DNA of 64,000 nucleotides from Pseudomonadota bacterium (GTDB lineage Bacteria > Desulfobacterota > Binatia > Binatales > Binataceae), in contig JAJPKP010000055.1 in NCBI GenBank assembly GCA_021323675.1, positions 1,529 through 65,528 on the forward strand, read 5' to 3'. Below, one piece after another: positions 9,210 to 18,780 of the stretch (its first letter is position 1; every line of letters begins with the position of its first letter). A program made the translations under genes and the position numbers. Under the pieces are notes generated by a model. That model did no database searches. It was not told where the DNA came from and saw only the letters and a list, made by a program, of their open reading frames with translations.

Positions 9210-10379
9210 ATGAAGACCATCTCGATACTCGGCTCGACCGGCTCGGTGGGAGTTACCACCCTCGATGTGGTGAGCCGCTTTCCCGATCGCTTTCGCGTGG
9301 CCGCGATGGCGGCGGGACGCAACCTCGATTTGCTGGTCGCCCAGGTGGAGCGGTTCCGCCCGGAGCTCGTTTCAGTCGCCGATGGCGATCTCGCCGCCGA
9401 GCTTCGAAACCGGCTTAAGAGCGTCAAGGTCGATATCGTCCACAGCATCGAGGGCGCCTGCGCCGTCGCAACCCATCCCCAGGCGCAACTGGTGATGTCG
9501 GCGCTGGTCGGCGCTCTGGGCCTGCGTCCGACCCTTGCCGCGATCCACGCGGGCAAGGATATCGCCTTCGCCAACAAGGAAGTGCTGGTAATCGCGGGTG
9601 AGCTGGTCACCCGCGCCGTGCGCGAACGCGGCGTCCGGCTGCTTCCCGTGGACAGCGAGCACAACGCAATCTTCCAGTGTCTCGAAGGCCGCGCGCGCGC
9701 CGGGCTCAAACGGATTATTTTGACCGCGTCGGGCGGTCCTTTTCGTGAGCTTCCCAAGGAACTGTTCGAGTCGATCACCGTCGAGCAGGCGCTCAACCAT
9801 CCCACCTGGCGGATGGGCAGCAAGATAACGATCGATTCCGCGACCCTGATGAACAAGGGCCTCGAAGTGATCGAGGCGCGATGGTTGTTCGGGCTGGAGC
9901 CGCGCGAAATCTCCGTGGTGATCCATCCGCAGAGCGTGATCCATTCGATGGTCGAGATGATCGATGGGTCGGTGATCGCCGAGATGGCGATTCCGGACAT
10001 GGCGATTCCAGTCGCCTACGCGCTCGCGTATCCTGATCGGCTCCCGATGGCGCATCTGAAGCCGCTTTCGCTCGCCGAGTGCTCGAGGCTGACCTTCGAG
10101 GAGCCCGATTTCGGCCGCTTCCCGTGCCTGGGACTGGCCTTCGACGCGCTCAAGGCGGGCGGCACGATGCCGGCGTGCCTGAATGCCGCCAACGAGGAGT
10201 TGGTGGCGGGCTTTCTGGCAGGGCGTGCGCGCTTTCTCGATATTCCGCGGCATATCGAGTCGGTCATGCGAATGCATGCGAATGAGCCGGCCCGCACGCT
10301 GGAAGACCTGCTGGAGACCGATGCATGGGCGCGCGGCGAGGCGCGCCGGCTGATGGGCGTTCACAGCGAGGCCGCTTAA
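9210..10379 (+). CDS. dxr: 1-deoxy-D-xylulose-5-phosphate reductoisomerase
   Basis: ILGSTGSVG, ANKE, LLPVDSEH, HPTWRMGSKITIDSATLMNKGLE. Confidence 0.96.
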   Translation: MKTISILGSTGSVGVTTLDVVSRFPDRFRVAAMAAGRNLDLLVAQVERFRPELVSVADGDLAAELRNRLKSVKVDIVHSIEGACAVATHPQAQLVMSALVGALGLRPTLAAIHAGKDIAFANKEVLVIAGELVTRAVRERGVRLLPVDSEHNAIFQCLEGRARAGLKRIILTASGGPFRELPKELFESITVEQALNHPTWRMGSKITIDSATLMNKGLEVIEARWLFGLEPREISVVIHPQSVIHSMVEMIDGSVIAEMAIPDMAIPVAYALAYPDRLPMAHLKPLSLAECSRLTFEEPDFGRFPCLGLAFDALKAGGTMPACLNAANEELVAGFLAGRARFLDIPRHIESVMRMHANEPARTLEDLLETDAWARGEARRLMGVHSEAA

Positions 10380-10405
10380 GCGGCGCTCGCGAACGCAGGG
10401 ACGGG

Positions 10406-11308
10406 ATGGGGACGGGAATTCCGGCCAACGTGGAATCGGCATCGCGCGATGAAGCTTCGGCGGGCGGCATTTCGCTCGAAGCCGCCTACGAATTCTGCAC
10501 GCGCCTCGCCCGTTCGCACTACGAGAACTTCACGGTCGCTTCGTGGCTGATGCCTGCCGCGATGCGAAGGCACATGTACGCGATCTATGCCTATGCGCGC
10601 ATGGCGGACGACTTCGCCGACGAAGATCGCGATCTGGCGAAGCTCGACGCATGGGAGCGCGAGCTCGACCTGGCCTACGCGGGCGCGCCGCATCATCCGG
10701 TGTTCGTCGCGCTTGCCGATACAGTCCGGCGTTTCGAAATTCCGCGCGAGCCGTTTGCGGACCTGCTGGTCGCCTTCCGCTCCGATGTCAATTTCAAGGG
10801 CTTCGACACGATTGACGATCTGCTCGGCTACGCGCGCTATTCGGCGAATCCCGTCGGCCGGCTGGTGCTTTATCTTTTTGGCTACCGCGATCCTGAGCGC
10901 CAGCGTCTTTCGGATTTGATCTGCAGCGGACTCCAGCTTGCGAATTTCTGGCAGGATGTCGCGATCGATCTCGACAAGGGCCGCATCTATTTGCCGCGAC
11001 ATGACATGGCTCGTTTCGCCGTTACCGCCGCCGATCTCAATCGCCGTGTCGCGGATGAAAAATTCAAGGCCCTGCTCAAGCACGAGGTGGAAGTTGCGCG
11101 CGCGATGCTCGCGGAAGGCTCCGCGCTCCATCGCCTCGTCGATCGCCGGCTGAGGCGCGACATCCTGATGTTCGCCGGCGGCGGGCTTGCGATTCTGAGG
11201 GCGATCGAAGCGGTCGGCTACGACGTCTTTGCGCGCCGGCCGAAACTGTCGAAGGGTGACTATCTGAAGCTCGGATGGAATGCGTTTCGTGGAAGACTTG
11301 AACACTGA
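10406..11308 (+). CDS. hpnC: Hydroxysqualene synthase
   Basis: HYENFTVAS, ADDFADE, SANPVGRL, NFWQD; first gene of the hpnCDE triad. Confidence 0.9.
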   Translation: MGTGIPANVESASRDEASAGGISLEAAYEFCTRLARSHYENFTVASWLMPAAMRRHMYAIYAYARMADDFADEDRDLAKLDAWERELDLAYAGAPHHPVFVALADTVRRFEIPREPFADLLVAFRSDVNFKGFDTIDDLLGYARYSANPVGRLVLYLFGYRDPERQRLSDLICSGLQLANFWQDVAIDLDKGRIYLPRHDMARFAVTAADLNRRVADEKFKALLKHEVEVARAMLAEGSALHRLVDRRLRRDILMFAGGGLAILRAIEAVGYDVFARRPKLSKGDYLKLGWNAFRGRLEH

Positions 11309-12203
11309 ATACGGCGGCGAATCACAGGCCCAGGCCGCCCTTTCGCTTGAGGCGGATTACCGCCGATGTGCCGATATAACGCGCCAGGCGTCCTCCAATT
11401 TCTACTACGCCTTTATGCTGCTGCCCGCTGAGCGCCGCCGCGCTTTGTACTCGGTTTACGCCTTCTGCCGCTTCGTTGACGACGTCGCCGATGACGAGTC
11501 GATTCGGGAACCGGGCAAGTTGCTCGATCGATGGCGCGCGGAGCTTGGGCGCGTCTACGGCGCGGGAATTCCGACGCGGGCGATATCGCGCGCGCTTGCG
11601 GACTCCGTCAAGCGGTTTGCGATTCCGCGAGTCCACTTCGAAGAGCTGATTACCGGCATGGAGATGGACCTGTCGCGCAAACGTTACGCCACGTTCGAGG
11701 AACTGCGCAGCTACTGCTACCGCGCGGCGTCGGTGGTCGGGCTTATCTGTATCGAAATTTTCGGCTACACGAATCCGCGCGCCAGGGTCTATGCCGAAAA
11801 TCTCGGCATCGCCTGCCAGCTCACGAATATCCTGCGCGACGTGAAGGAAGATGCGGACAAGGGCCGCATCTATCTGCCCCTCGAAGACCTGGCGCGGTTC
11901 GGCGTGTCCGAGGAAGACATCCTGAAGGCCGTGTACAGCGAGGCGTTTACGCGGCTCATGGAGTTCGAAGCCAGGCGCGCGCGCGAGTTTTACGATTTGG
12001 CGCAGCAGGCGCTGCCGCAGGAAGACCGATCGACCCTGCTGACGGCGGAGGCGATGCGCCTAATCTACGGCTCGCTGCTCGAGCGAATCGTAAATTCCAA
12101 CTACCGCGTCCTCGATCGCAGGCTGAGCCTTTCCACCACTCACAAGCTCTATCTGGTCGGGCGTGCATGGGCGGCTTCCCGCCTGGGCGCGCTGCACGGC
12201 TAG
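11289..12203 (+). CDS. hpnD: Presqualene diphosphate synthase
   Basis: SSNFYYAF, FCRFVDDVAD, QLTNILRDV, GRIYLP; start uncertain (11280 or 11289). Confidence 0.9.
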   Translation: MEDLNTEYGGESQAQAALSLEADYRRCADITRQASSNFYYAFMLLPAERRRALYSVYAFCRFVDDVADDESIREPGKLLDRWRAELGRVYGAGIPTRAISRALADSVKRFAIPRVHFEELITGMEMDLSRKRYATFEELRSYCYRAASVVGLICIEIFGYTNPRARVYAENLGIACQLTNILRDVKEDADKGRIYLPLEDLARFGVSEEDILKAVYSEAFTRLMEFEARRAREFYDLAQQALPQEDRSTLLTAEAMRLIYGSLLERIVNSNYRVLDRRLSLSTTHKLYLVGRAWAASRLGALHG

Positions 12204-12220
12204 GGTCGCCATCAAGGGCC

Positions 12221-13594
12221 ATGGTTGACGCCAGGGATGTCGTCGTAATCGGCGGCGGGTTTGCCGGTCTGAGCGCCGGTGTCGCGCTTGCCGATCTTGG
12301 TTTTCGTGTCGCGCTGCTCGAACGCAAGCCGGCGCTTGGTGGCCGCGCCTACTCATTCGAAGATCCCGACACCGGCGATTTTGTCGATAACGGGCAGCAC
12401 GTCCTGATGGGTTGTTACAACGAAAGCATCGGGTTTCTCCGCCGGATCGGGTCCGGCGACAACCTTGTCTTTCACAACGACCTTGAGATCGAGATGCTTG
12501 CCGGGCCAGGGCGCAGCGCCACCTTGCGCACCGCTCATCTTCCGGGTCCTCTGCACATGAGCGCCGCGCTGATGCGCTATCGGCATCTGAGCCTCGCCGA
12601 GCGTTATTCGGCGGCGAAGGGAGGACTCCGGCTGCTCAAGATGCGCCGGGAAGATCGCGCCGCGTTGGAAAAGACCACGGTAGCGGAGCTGATGGATCAG
12701 CTCGGGCAGAGCGACAACGCGCGCCGCGCCTTCTGGTATCCGCTGTCGATCGCGACCCTGAACGACGAGCCCGAAGTATCTTCCGCGGCGTTGCTGGCCG
12801 AGGTCCTCGTGCGGGCGTTCTTTTCACGCCGGTCGGACTCGGCCTTCGTTTACTCGCGCGTGGGGCTGAGCGATCTGTACTGCACAGGCGCTCGCAAGAT
12901 TATCGAGCAGGCGGGCGGCGTGGTCGCCTCGCACGCGCTCGTCGATGGGCTCGAGGTCGATGGCGACGGAGTCGTCGAGCGCGTGCGTCTGCGCGACGGT
13001 CGCAGGCTGGAGGCCGCCAATTTCATCGCGGCCGTGCCGCCGCATCATCTGGCGCGGATGCTGCCGGAGAATGCGGTCGCCGACCCGTTTTTTCAGCGGA
13101 TCGGCGAGCTCGGCACGTCGCCGATAATCTGCGTGCACGTATGGCTCGATCGCGAGGTGACGCGGTCGGCGTTCGTGGGCTTTATCGGCACGACCACCCA
13201 GTGGCTGTTCAACAAACGCCGCATCTTCGAACGCCACGGCGAGCGCCATCCCGGCTACCTGAGTTTCGTCATCAGCGGCGCGCGCAGTCTGATTGACATG
13301 CCGAACGAAGATCTCCTTGATCTGGTAATCAACGATCTGGGCGCGATGATCCCGGCCGCGCGCAATGCCAAGGTGACCAAGGCGCTGGTGCTCAAGGAAA
13401 AACAGGCGACGACGGCGCCGAGCACCGCCTCACATCACCTGCGGCCTGCCGCCGCGACTCCGCTCAAGAATCTTTTTCTCGCGGGAGATTGGATTCAGAC
13501 CGGCCTTCCCGCGACAATTGAAAGCGCGGTCGTGTCCGGCCGCGCCGCGGCCGCCGCGGTCGCGGCGCGAGCCGAAGCGGCCGGCAGCGGGTGA
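12221..13594 (+). CDS. hpnE: Hydroxysqualene dehydroxylase (FAD-dependent)
   Basis: GGGFAGL, LGGRAYSF, VDNGQHVLMG, LAGDWIQTGLPATIESAV; real start MVDARD inside ORF 11531..13594. Confidence 0.92.
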   Translation: MVDARDVVVIGGGFAGLSAGVALADLGFRVALLERKPALGGRAYSFEDPDTGDFVDNGQHVLMGCYNESIGFLRRIGSGDNLVFHNDLEIEMLAGPGRSATLRTAHLPGPLHMSAALMRYRHLSLAERYSAAKGGLRLLKMRREDRAALEKTTVAELMDQLGQSDNARRAFWYPLSIATLNDEPEVSSAALLAEVLVRAFFSRRSDSAFVYSRVGLSDLYCTGARKIIEQAGGVVASHALVDGLEVDGDGVVERVRLRDGRRLEAANFIAAVPPHHLARMLPENAVADPFFQRIGELGTSPIICVHVWLDREVTRSAFVGFIGTTTQWLFNKRRIFERHGERHPGYLSFVISGARSLIDMPNEDLLDLVINDLGAMIPAARNAKVTKALVLKEKQATTAPSTASHHLRPAAATPLKNLFLAGDWIQTGLPATIESAVVSGRAAAAAVAARAEAAGSG

Positions 13595-14601
13595 TGGCGA
13601 TGCCCCGGCTTGCGCTCGTAACCGGCGGAAACGGCTTTGTGGGATGCCATGTCGTCCGGGCGCTGCTCGAACGCGGCGATCGCGTGCGGGTCCTGATCCG
13701 CCAGGGTTCCGACCGCGCCGCGCTGGAAGGTCTCGAGGTCGAGTTTGCGGCCGGGGACCTGCGCGATCGCGAGGCGGTCCAGCGCGCGGTAGCTGGATGC
13801 CACGAGGTCTATCACGTCGCCGCGGACTACCGCCTCTGGGTTCCCGACCCGGCCCCCATGTATGCCGCGAACGTCGAAGGCACCCGCAACATCATCGAGA
13901 CCGCTCATCGGGCCGGCGTCGAGCGAATCGTCCATACCAGCACGGTCGGCGCGCTCGGCATCCCGCACGGCGGGATCGGAACCGAAGACACGCCGGTGTC
14001 GATCGACGATATGGTGGGCCCGTACAAGCGATCGAAGTTTATGGCCGAACAGATCGCAATCGAGGCGGCGAAGAACGGCGCACCGGTGGTGATTGTAAAT
14101 CCCTCCACGCCGGTCGGCCCGCTCGATCTCAAACCCACGCCGACTGGACGGATAATCGTCGATTTTCTCAATCGCAGGATGCCTGCGTATGTCGATACGG
14201 GGCTTAACCTGGTCGATGTTGCCGATTGTGCGCGCGGTCATCTGCTCGCGGCCGAGCGCGGCCGAATCGGCGAGAAGTATATCCTGGGCGGCCAGAACCT
14301 TACGCTGAAAGAAATGCTCGAGAACCTGGCGATAATTTCCGGGCTGCCCGCGCCCCGGGTTCGCCTGCCTTACGCGATCGCGTTCGGATTTGCGCTTGGC
14401 GCCGAAGCGGTCGCTCGCGTGCTGACCCGCCGCCCTCCGCGCGCCAGCGTCACCGAGGTGCGGATGTCGCGCAAGCACATGTTCTTTGATTCCTCGAAGG
14501 CCGCGCGCGAACTCGGATATTCGCCCAAACCGGTGGAAGGTGCGCTCGCGGCCGCGGTCGAGTTCTTCCGCCGAACCGGAGCCGCGCGCACCGCCGCGTG
14601 A
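13591..14601 (+). CDS. hpnA: Hopanoid-associated NAD-dependent epimerase/dehydratase
   Basis: TGGNGFVG, HVAADYRLW, YKRSK, NPSTPVGPLDLKPTPTG; GTGA overlap with hpnE. Confidence 0.9.
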   Translation: MMAMPRLALVTGGNGFVGCHVVRALLERGDRVRVLIRQGSDRAALEGLEVEFAAGDLRDREAVQRAVAGCHEVYHVAADYRLWVPDPAPMYAANVEGTRNIIETAHRAGVERIVHTSTVGALGIPHGGIGTEDTPVSIDDMVGPYKRSKFMAEQIAIEAAKNGAPVVIVNPSTPVGPLDLKPTPTGRIIVDFLNRRMPAYVDTGLNLVDVADCARGHLLAAERGRIGEKYILGGQNLTLKEMLENLAIISGLPAPRVRLPYAIAFGFALGAEAVARVLTRRPPRASVTEVRMSRKHMFFDSSKAARELGYSPKPVEGALAAAVEFFRRTGAARTAA

Positions 14602-15512
14602 TTTCCATGTTCTTCCATCTGCTCATCTCGACCATCGCGCTTCGCCCGTACGTGTTCATCTTTCTGGCGAGCTTCCTGTTCATTTCGATCGTAAATTTCG
14701 GCCTGCGCACCACGCTGCTGTTTGCCGGTCTGACCTATGCCGTATCGTTCGCGTGCGAATGGTCTTCGGTGCACAACGGTTTTCCGTTCGGCCTCTATCA
14801 CTATATTCAGGCGACGCGCGACCGGGAGTTGTGGGTGTTCGGCGTGCCCTTCATGGACTCGCTTTCGTTCACGTTCCTGGGCTTTGCCAGCTACACGGTC
14901 GCGCTGCTGCTGAGTTCGCCGCTCTACCGCCGCGGATGGGATCTGCGGCTGCTCGATACCTGGAAGATTCGCCGCGCGCCGCGCGTGTGGCTGATGGCGT
15001 CGCTGTTCATGGTGATGATCGATTGGGTGGTCGATCCGCTGAGCGTGCTGGGCGACCGGTGGTTCCTCGGCAAGATCTTCTGGTACGACCCGGCGGGACC
15101 GCATTTCGGCGTGCCGATCAGCAATTACCTCGGATGGTACTTCGTTGCGGCGGTGACGATCGCGATTTTTGTCGCGCTCGACTCGGTGATGAATGGGAGC
15201 GGCGAAAAGCCGTACGGCGCACAGCTTTCGTTCCCTTCGCGCGCGCTGCTCGGCCCCGCCCTGTATCTCGGGATCGTCGGCTTCGGAATCACAATGCTGT
15301 TTGTGATCGGCGCCGCTGAAATCGCATGGGCCAGCGTGTTCATCTATCTGCCGTTTCTCGCGCTCGCCGCCCAAATCCTTACCCGCCCCGATTCGTACGG
15401 CGGCAACGAGGCGATCGAGCGGCACCTGCGCGATTTTCCCTACGACCGCGGCGCCTTCACCGAGGCGCTCGCGCGCGAGCCGTCTCCATCGCCGCGCCGC
15501 CATATCGCTTGA
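14598..15512 (+). CDS. CruF/DUF422-like membrane protein (carotenoid 1,2-hydratase family)
   Basis: Multi-TM; EW.SV..GFPFG.YHY, GVP, D...DP, W.W, FGVPISNYLGW motifs; GTGA overlap with hpnA. Confidence 0.75.
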   Translation: MISMFFHLLISTIALRPYVFIFLASFLFISIVNFGLRTTLLFAGLTYAVSFACEWSSVHNGFPFGLYHYIQATRDRELWVFGVPFMDSLSFTFLGFASYTVALLLSSPLYRRGWDLRLLDTWKIRRAPRVWLMASLFMVMIDWVVDPLSVLGDRWFLGKIFWYDPAGPHFGVPISNYLGWYFVAAVTIAIFVALDSVMNGSGEKPYGAQLSFPSRALLGPALYLGIVGFGITMLFVIGAAEIAWASVFIYLPFLALAAQILTRPDSYGGNEAIERHLRDFPYDRGAFTEALAREPSPSPRRHIA

Positions 15513-15646
15513 GCATCGGCGCGGGCACCCGGCCTGAAAAGCCGGAATAGCCTTCCACCTCAAAGGCGCCCAAGGCGGCGCTTCTCCCGCCACACTTCTC
15601 TTTTTCTGGGGTATTGTGCTTCAAGGTTCTGGGGGAGGTGCCAGCG

Positions 15647-16141
15647 ATGGAGAATGCCGGCCTCAAGCTCCTACTCGATCGCGCCGAAATAAGCGACGTG
15701 CAGTTGCGCTACGCAACCGGTCTGGACATGCGCGATTGGAAGCTCTTTCGATCGTGCTTTGCCGACGAGATAGAAGTGGACTTCTCCTCGGTCTTCGGCG
15801 GCAGCGGCCCGCGCAAGATTACGGCGGATCGATGGACCGAAGCGGCGCGCCGCACTATCAGCGGACTTCAGGCCACCCAGCACATGATCACGAATCATGT
15901 CATCACCGTTGAAGGCGACAAGGCGCTGTGCGTCGCGTATGTGCAGGCGCAGCACTATCTCCCCAATGACGCGGGCGACAGCACGCAGACGATGGGCGGC
16001 TACTACACCAATCACTTCATCCGCACGCCCGAGGGATGGAAGATCAAGTCGTGCAAGCTCACGCTGACCTGGAGCAAGGGCAATTTCCACATCTTCGAAC
16101 TCGCCCGCAATCGCCTGAAAGCATCCGAAGGCCGCCAATAG
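15647..16141 (+). CDS. NTF2/SnoaL-like protein (BaiE/scytalone dehydratase-like)
   Basis: LLDRAEI..Y..GLD.RDW..F..CFAD, TQHMITNH, GG.Y...F.RT.EGWKI; RBS GGAGG. Confidence 0.8.
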   Translation: MENAGLKLLLDRAEISDVQLRYATGLDMRDWKLFRSCFADEIEVDFSSVFGGSGPRKITADRWTEAARRTISGLQATQHMITNHVITVEGDKALCVAYVQAQHYLPNDAGDSTQTMGGYYTNHFIRTPEGWKIKSCKLTLTWSKGNFHIFELARNRLKASEGRQ

Positions 16142-16179
16142 GCCAAGTTCAGCCAAACCAAGGACAGGAGGATCGAACA

Positions 16180-16662
16180 ATGGCAACCGATCTCGAAAGG
16201 CGCATCGCGATCCTTGAAGACATCGAGGCGATCAGGAAACTCAAAGCGCGCTACTGCTCGGTCTGCGATGACGACCACAATCCAAACGAAATAACCAAAC
16301 TGTTTGCGGAGGACGGCATCTGGGAGGGCGACGGCATCGGCGCGCATAAAGGCCACGCCGCAATCCGCAAGCTGTTCGAAGGCTTCCGCGACCGGATCAG
16401 CTTTTCCCAACACAACGTCTTCAATCCGATAATCGAGGTCGAAGGCGATCGCGCCAAAGGCCATTGGTACTTCCTTGGACCGTTCACCTTTCGCAAGGGC
16501 AATCGGCAGAGATGGCTGGCCGCCCGCTACCAGGAGGATTACGTAAAGATCAACGGCCAGTGGAAGTTCCAGCATCTGCGCGCAATCGGCCGAATGTCCG
16601 CGCCGTACGAAACCGGCTGGGCCAAAGAAGAGTCGATGGGCTGGGGCAAGAGAGAGTCTTAG
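16180..16662 (+). CDS. NTF2/SnoaL-like protein (LinA/BaiE-like)
   Basis: LEDIEAIRKLKARYC..CD, WEGDGIG, H..FNPIIEVEGDRAKG.W, Y.EDYVK..GQWKF; RBS AGGAGG. Confidence 0.82.
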   Translation: MATDLERRIAILEDIEAIRKLKARYCSVCDDDHNPNEITKLFAEDGIWEGDGIGAHKGHAAIRKLFEGFRDRISFSQHNVFNPIIEVEGDRAKGHWYFLGPFTFRKGNRQRWLAARYQEDYVKINGQWKFQHLRAIGRMSAPYETGWAKEESMGWGKRES

Positions 16663-16734
16663 CCGGCCGAGGAAACGCCCGGTGCCATCCCTCCGGCCGG
16701 TTCCAGCGAAGGGATCGAGCGGGCAGGGGAATGG

Positions 16735-17938
16735 TCAGTTCTCCGCTTTCGGATTGAACAGCTTTGCCGGGATGTCTCCCGCGAATGTCTGGCGATGCGA
16801 CATGTCCAGCCACAGAAATGTGCCTGGGCCGGTCGTCCGGAACGTAAAGATCATCCGACAAGATCAATTGCGTCCCGCCTGAACCGTCGTTCTTCGCCCA
16901 GATTGCCGCCGAAAGGTCGGGACTCCTGTCGCGAAAGAGTTCTCCGCCCAGGTAAACGTACGTCTCGCTGTCGATATACACTCTGGCGCGCAGCAGGTCG
17001 GAGCCCGGTCTGCGCGGGATCATGTCCACCACGAAAACCCGGCGCGGCTCGCACGAAATTTCGCCAAAGCGGAAGTCCGATTCACGTTTCTCGACGGCGC
17101 GTCCGCCGCTCAGGCATCCGACCATGGTTCGCGTGGCAGCCAGGCTCCAGGAATAAAGACCCGTCTGAGGCGGCGTATACTCCAGGCCCATCTGGGCGCA
17201 GGAGTAGGTGCAGGACTGATTGGGAGAAACCGAAAGCGCCAGCCTCCGCCATCGCCGCGTGGCCCGCGAGTACATGTACGTGTCGGGCATCCGGTCGGGA
17301 TCAGAGTACAGCCAGGCGATGAACTTGGCCTGGTCCGGGCCGCATTGGTCGTCACGTTCCTTCCAATCGATCTCATTCACCTCCGGGTCGCTCATCCCGG
17401 CGGCATCCGCGCGATGGCTGGTTCGGAGCGCGATCGCATCGTCGCACGTGTATTCATTGCGAAAGTCGGGGTTGGAGGTGTCAGATGCAAACGAGAATCC
17501 GCCGGGGGCGAGGATATAGGTGCGCGATGCGAGATTGGTTGCCGAAAACTGATCCGGAACAAAAGGTCCCCAGCGCCAGTTGTAGGCGATTTTCACCCCG
17601 GCTTTCGGATCGTTCGGATTGATATTCGGAAAGGGCAGGCCGGCTACGTAGTTGCGGATGAAGTCATTTCGATCGAGCGTCACCTGCGAGGCGTGCTGCT
17701 CCGTCGCCTGCTGATAGGCGGACGGCCATTCGATCCGCCGCGTCGCGACGATCTTCAGCGAAAGGCCGTACCGGACCGCGTAGAGCATCGCGCCGCTCAG
17801 AAATTGCGCGAACTCGCCGGCGTTGGTGTTGTCGATCACGGTGCCGGGAGCTGGATTTTCCCCCGCCGCAAGGCTGCCGGGGCCCGTTGCCAGAATGAGC
17901 AGCGCGCAGATCGTCGCCATCAGGCTTCTGGTGCCCAT
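16735..17938 (-). pseudogene. Secreted DUF1329-like protein with an apparent +1 frameshift near 16826-16828 (or sequencing error)
   Basis: Signal peptide, PGTVID, NYVAGLPFPNINPNDPKAGVKIAYN, CEPRRVFVV, RVYIDSET; the in-frame tail runs 113 bp into the convergent gene, while the +1 frame gives GTFLWLD...LFNPKAEN* ending at 16735. Confidence 0.6.
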
Positions 17939-17966
17939 CTCTCGAGTCTCCTCTCTCGATTGGTGT

Positions 17967-18010
17967 CCCTAAAATTAAGGTCATCTCTAAATATATAGAT
18001 AACCCTAAAA
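17967..18010. promoter_or_regulatory. AT-rich 18-bp-periodic operator-like array between divergent DUF1329 and tetR genes
   Basis: CCCTAAAA 17967, CTCTAAAT 17985, CCCTAAAA 18003 (exact 18-bp period). Confidence 0.55.
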
Positions 18011-18102
18011 ACGTCCGGCGCGCAAGTCAAGCTGCGAACTTCCGGCCGCTGGCGAATTCCCGAATTTCATTCGCCGCCAAAGGCGTGTAATTGATTTGGC
18101 CT

Positions 18103-18780
18103 ATGGGACTGCGCGAGGAAAAAAAGGCGGAGCAGCGCCGCGCGATTATCGAAACCGCGGTCAGCCTGTTCCGGGAGCGCGGCTACGAGCAGGCCCGCGT
18201 TCAGGACATCATCAAGCGCTCGCGAATCAGCGAGGCCACCTTTTTCAATTACTTCCCGAAAAAGGAGGCGCTTCTCTATGAGATCGCGATCGATCAGATC
18301 GAGGAATCGATCGCCGCGCTAAAGGCGGAGCTCGAGCGGCATGACTGCAGCGTGCCGGACCGGCTGCGGAGCCTGGTCAGGCAATGGGCGAAGGGCTGGG
18401 AGTCCGACCGCGACTTCAACGCGCTGGTGGTGACTCGCTCCGGGATGCTGGCCGGCGCGCCCGGACTTCTGCGCGAAAAGGAATTGGCGCTCTATGATCT
18501 CTATCGGCGCCTGTTTGCGGAAGGGCAAAAGCGCAAAGAGATTCGGGCTGATGTCGCACCGCTGGATCTCGCTGAGATGCTGGAGGGGATGCTGACGATC
18601 ATCGCGGGCAACTGGCTGGTCGGATGGTGGAAGGACAGGAAGGATCCGCTCGAGGATCGCATGATGCGGGCGGTGGAGTTCTTTCTGGAGGGGTGCAAAC
18701 CCTCGCCCGTACCGCGCCGCGAGGCCCGCACTGCCAGGAAAAAGATCACCTCCGCGAAACGGCCGGTTCGCGCCGGCTAG
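18103..18780 (+). CDS. TetR/AcrR family transcriptional regulator
   Basis: MGLREEKK..RRAIIETAVSLFRERGYE..ISEATFFNYFPKKEALL. Confidence 0.9.
   Translation: MGLREEKKAEQRRAIIETAVSLFRERGYEQARVQDIIKRSRISEATFFNYFPKKEALLYEIAIDQIEESIAALKAELERHDCSVPDRLRSLVRQWAKGWESDRDFNALVVTRSGMLAGAPGLLREKELALYDLYRRLFAEGQKRKEIRADVAPLDLAEMLEGMLTIIAGNWLVGWWKDRKDPLEDRMMRAVEFFLEGCKPSPVPRREARTARKKITSAKRPVRAG

Noticed and set aside
11531-12220. Apparent 230-aa N-terminal extension of HpnE
   Set aside because: Overlaps hpnD in another frame and is Arg/Gly-rich noise; the FAD motif starts right after ATG 12221.
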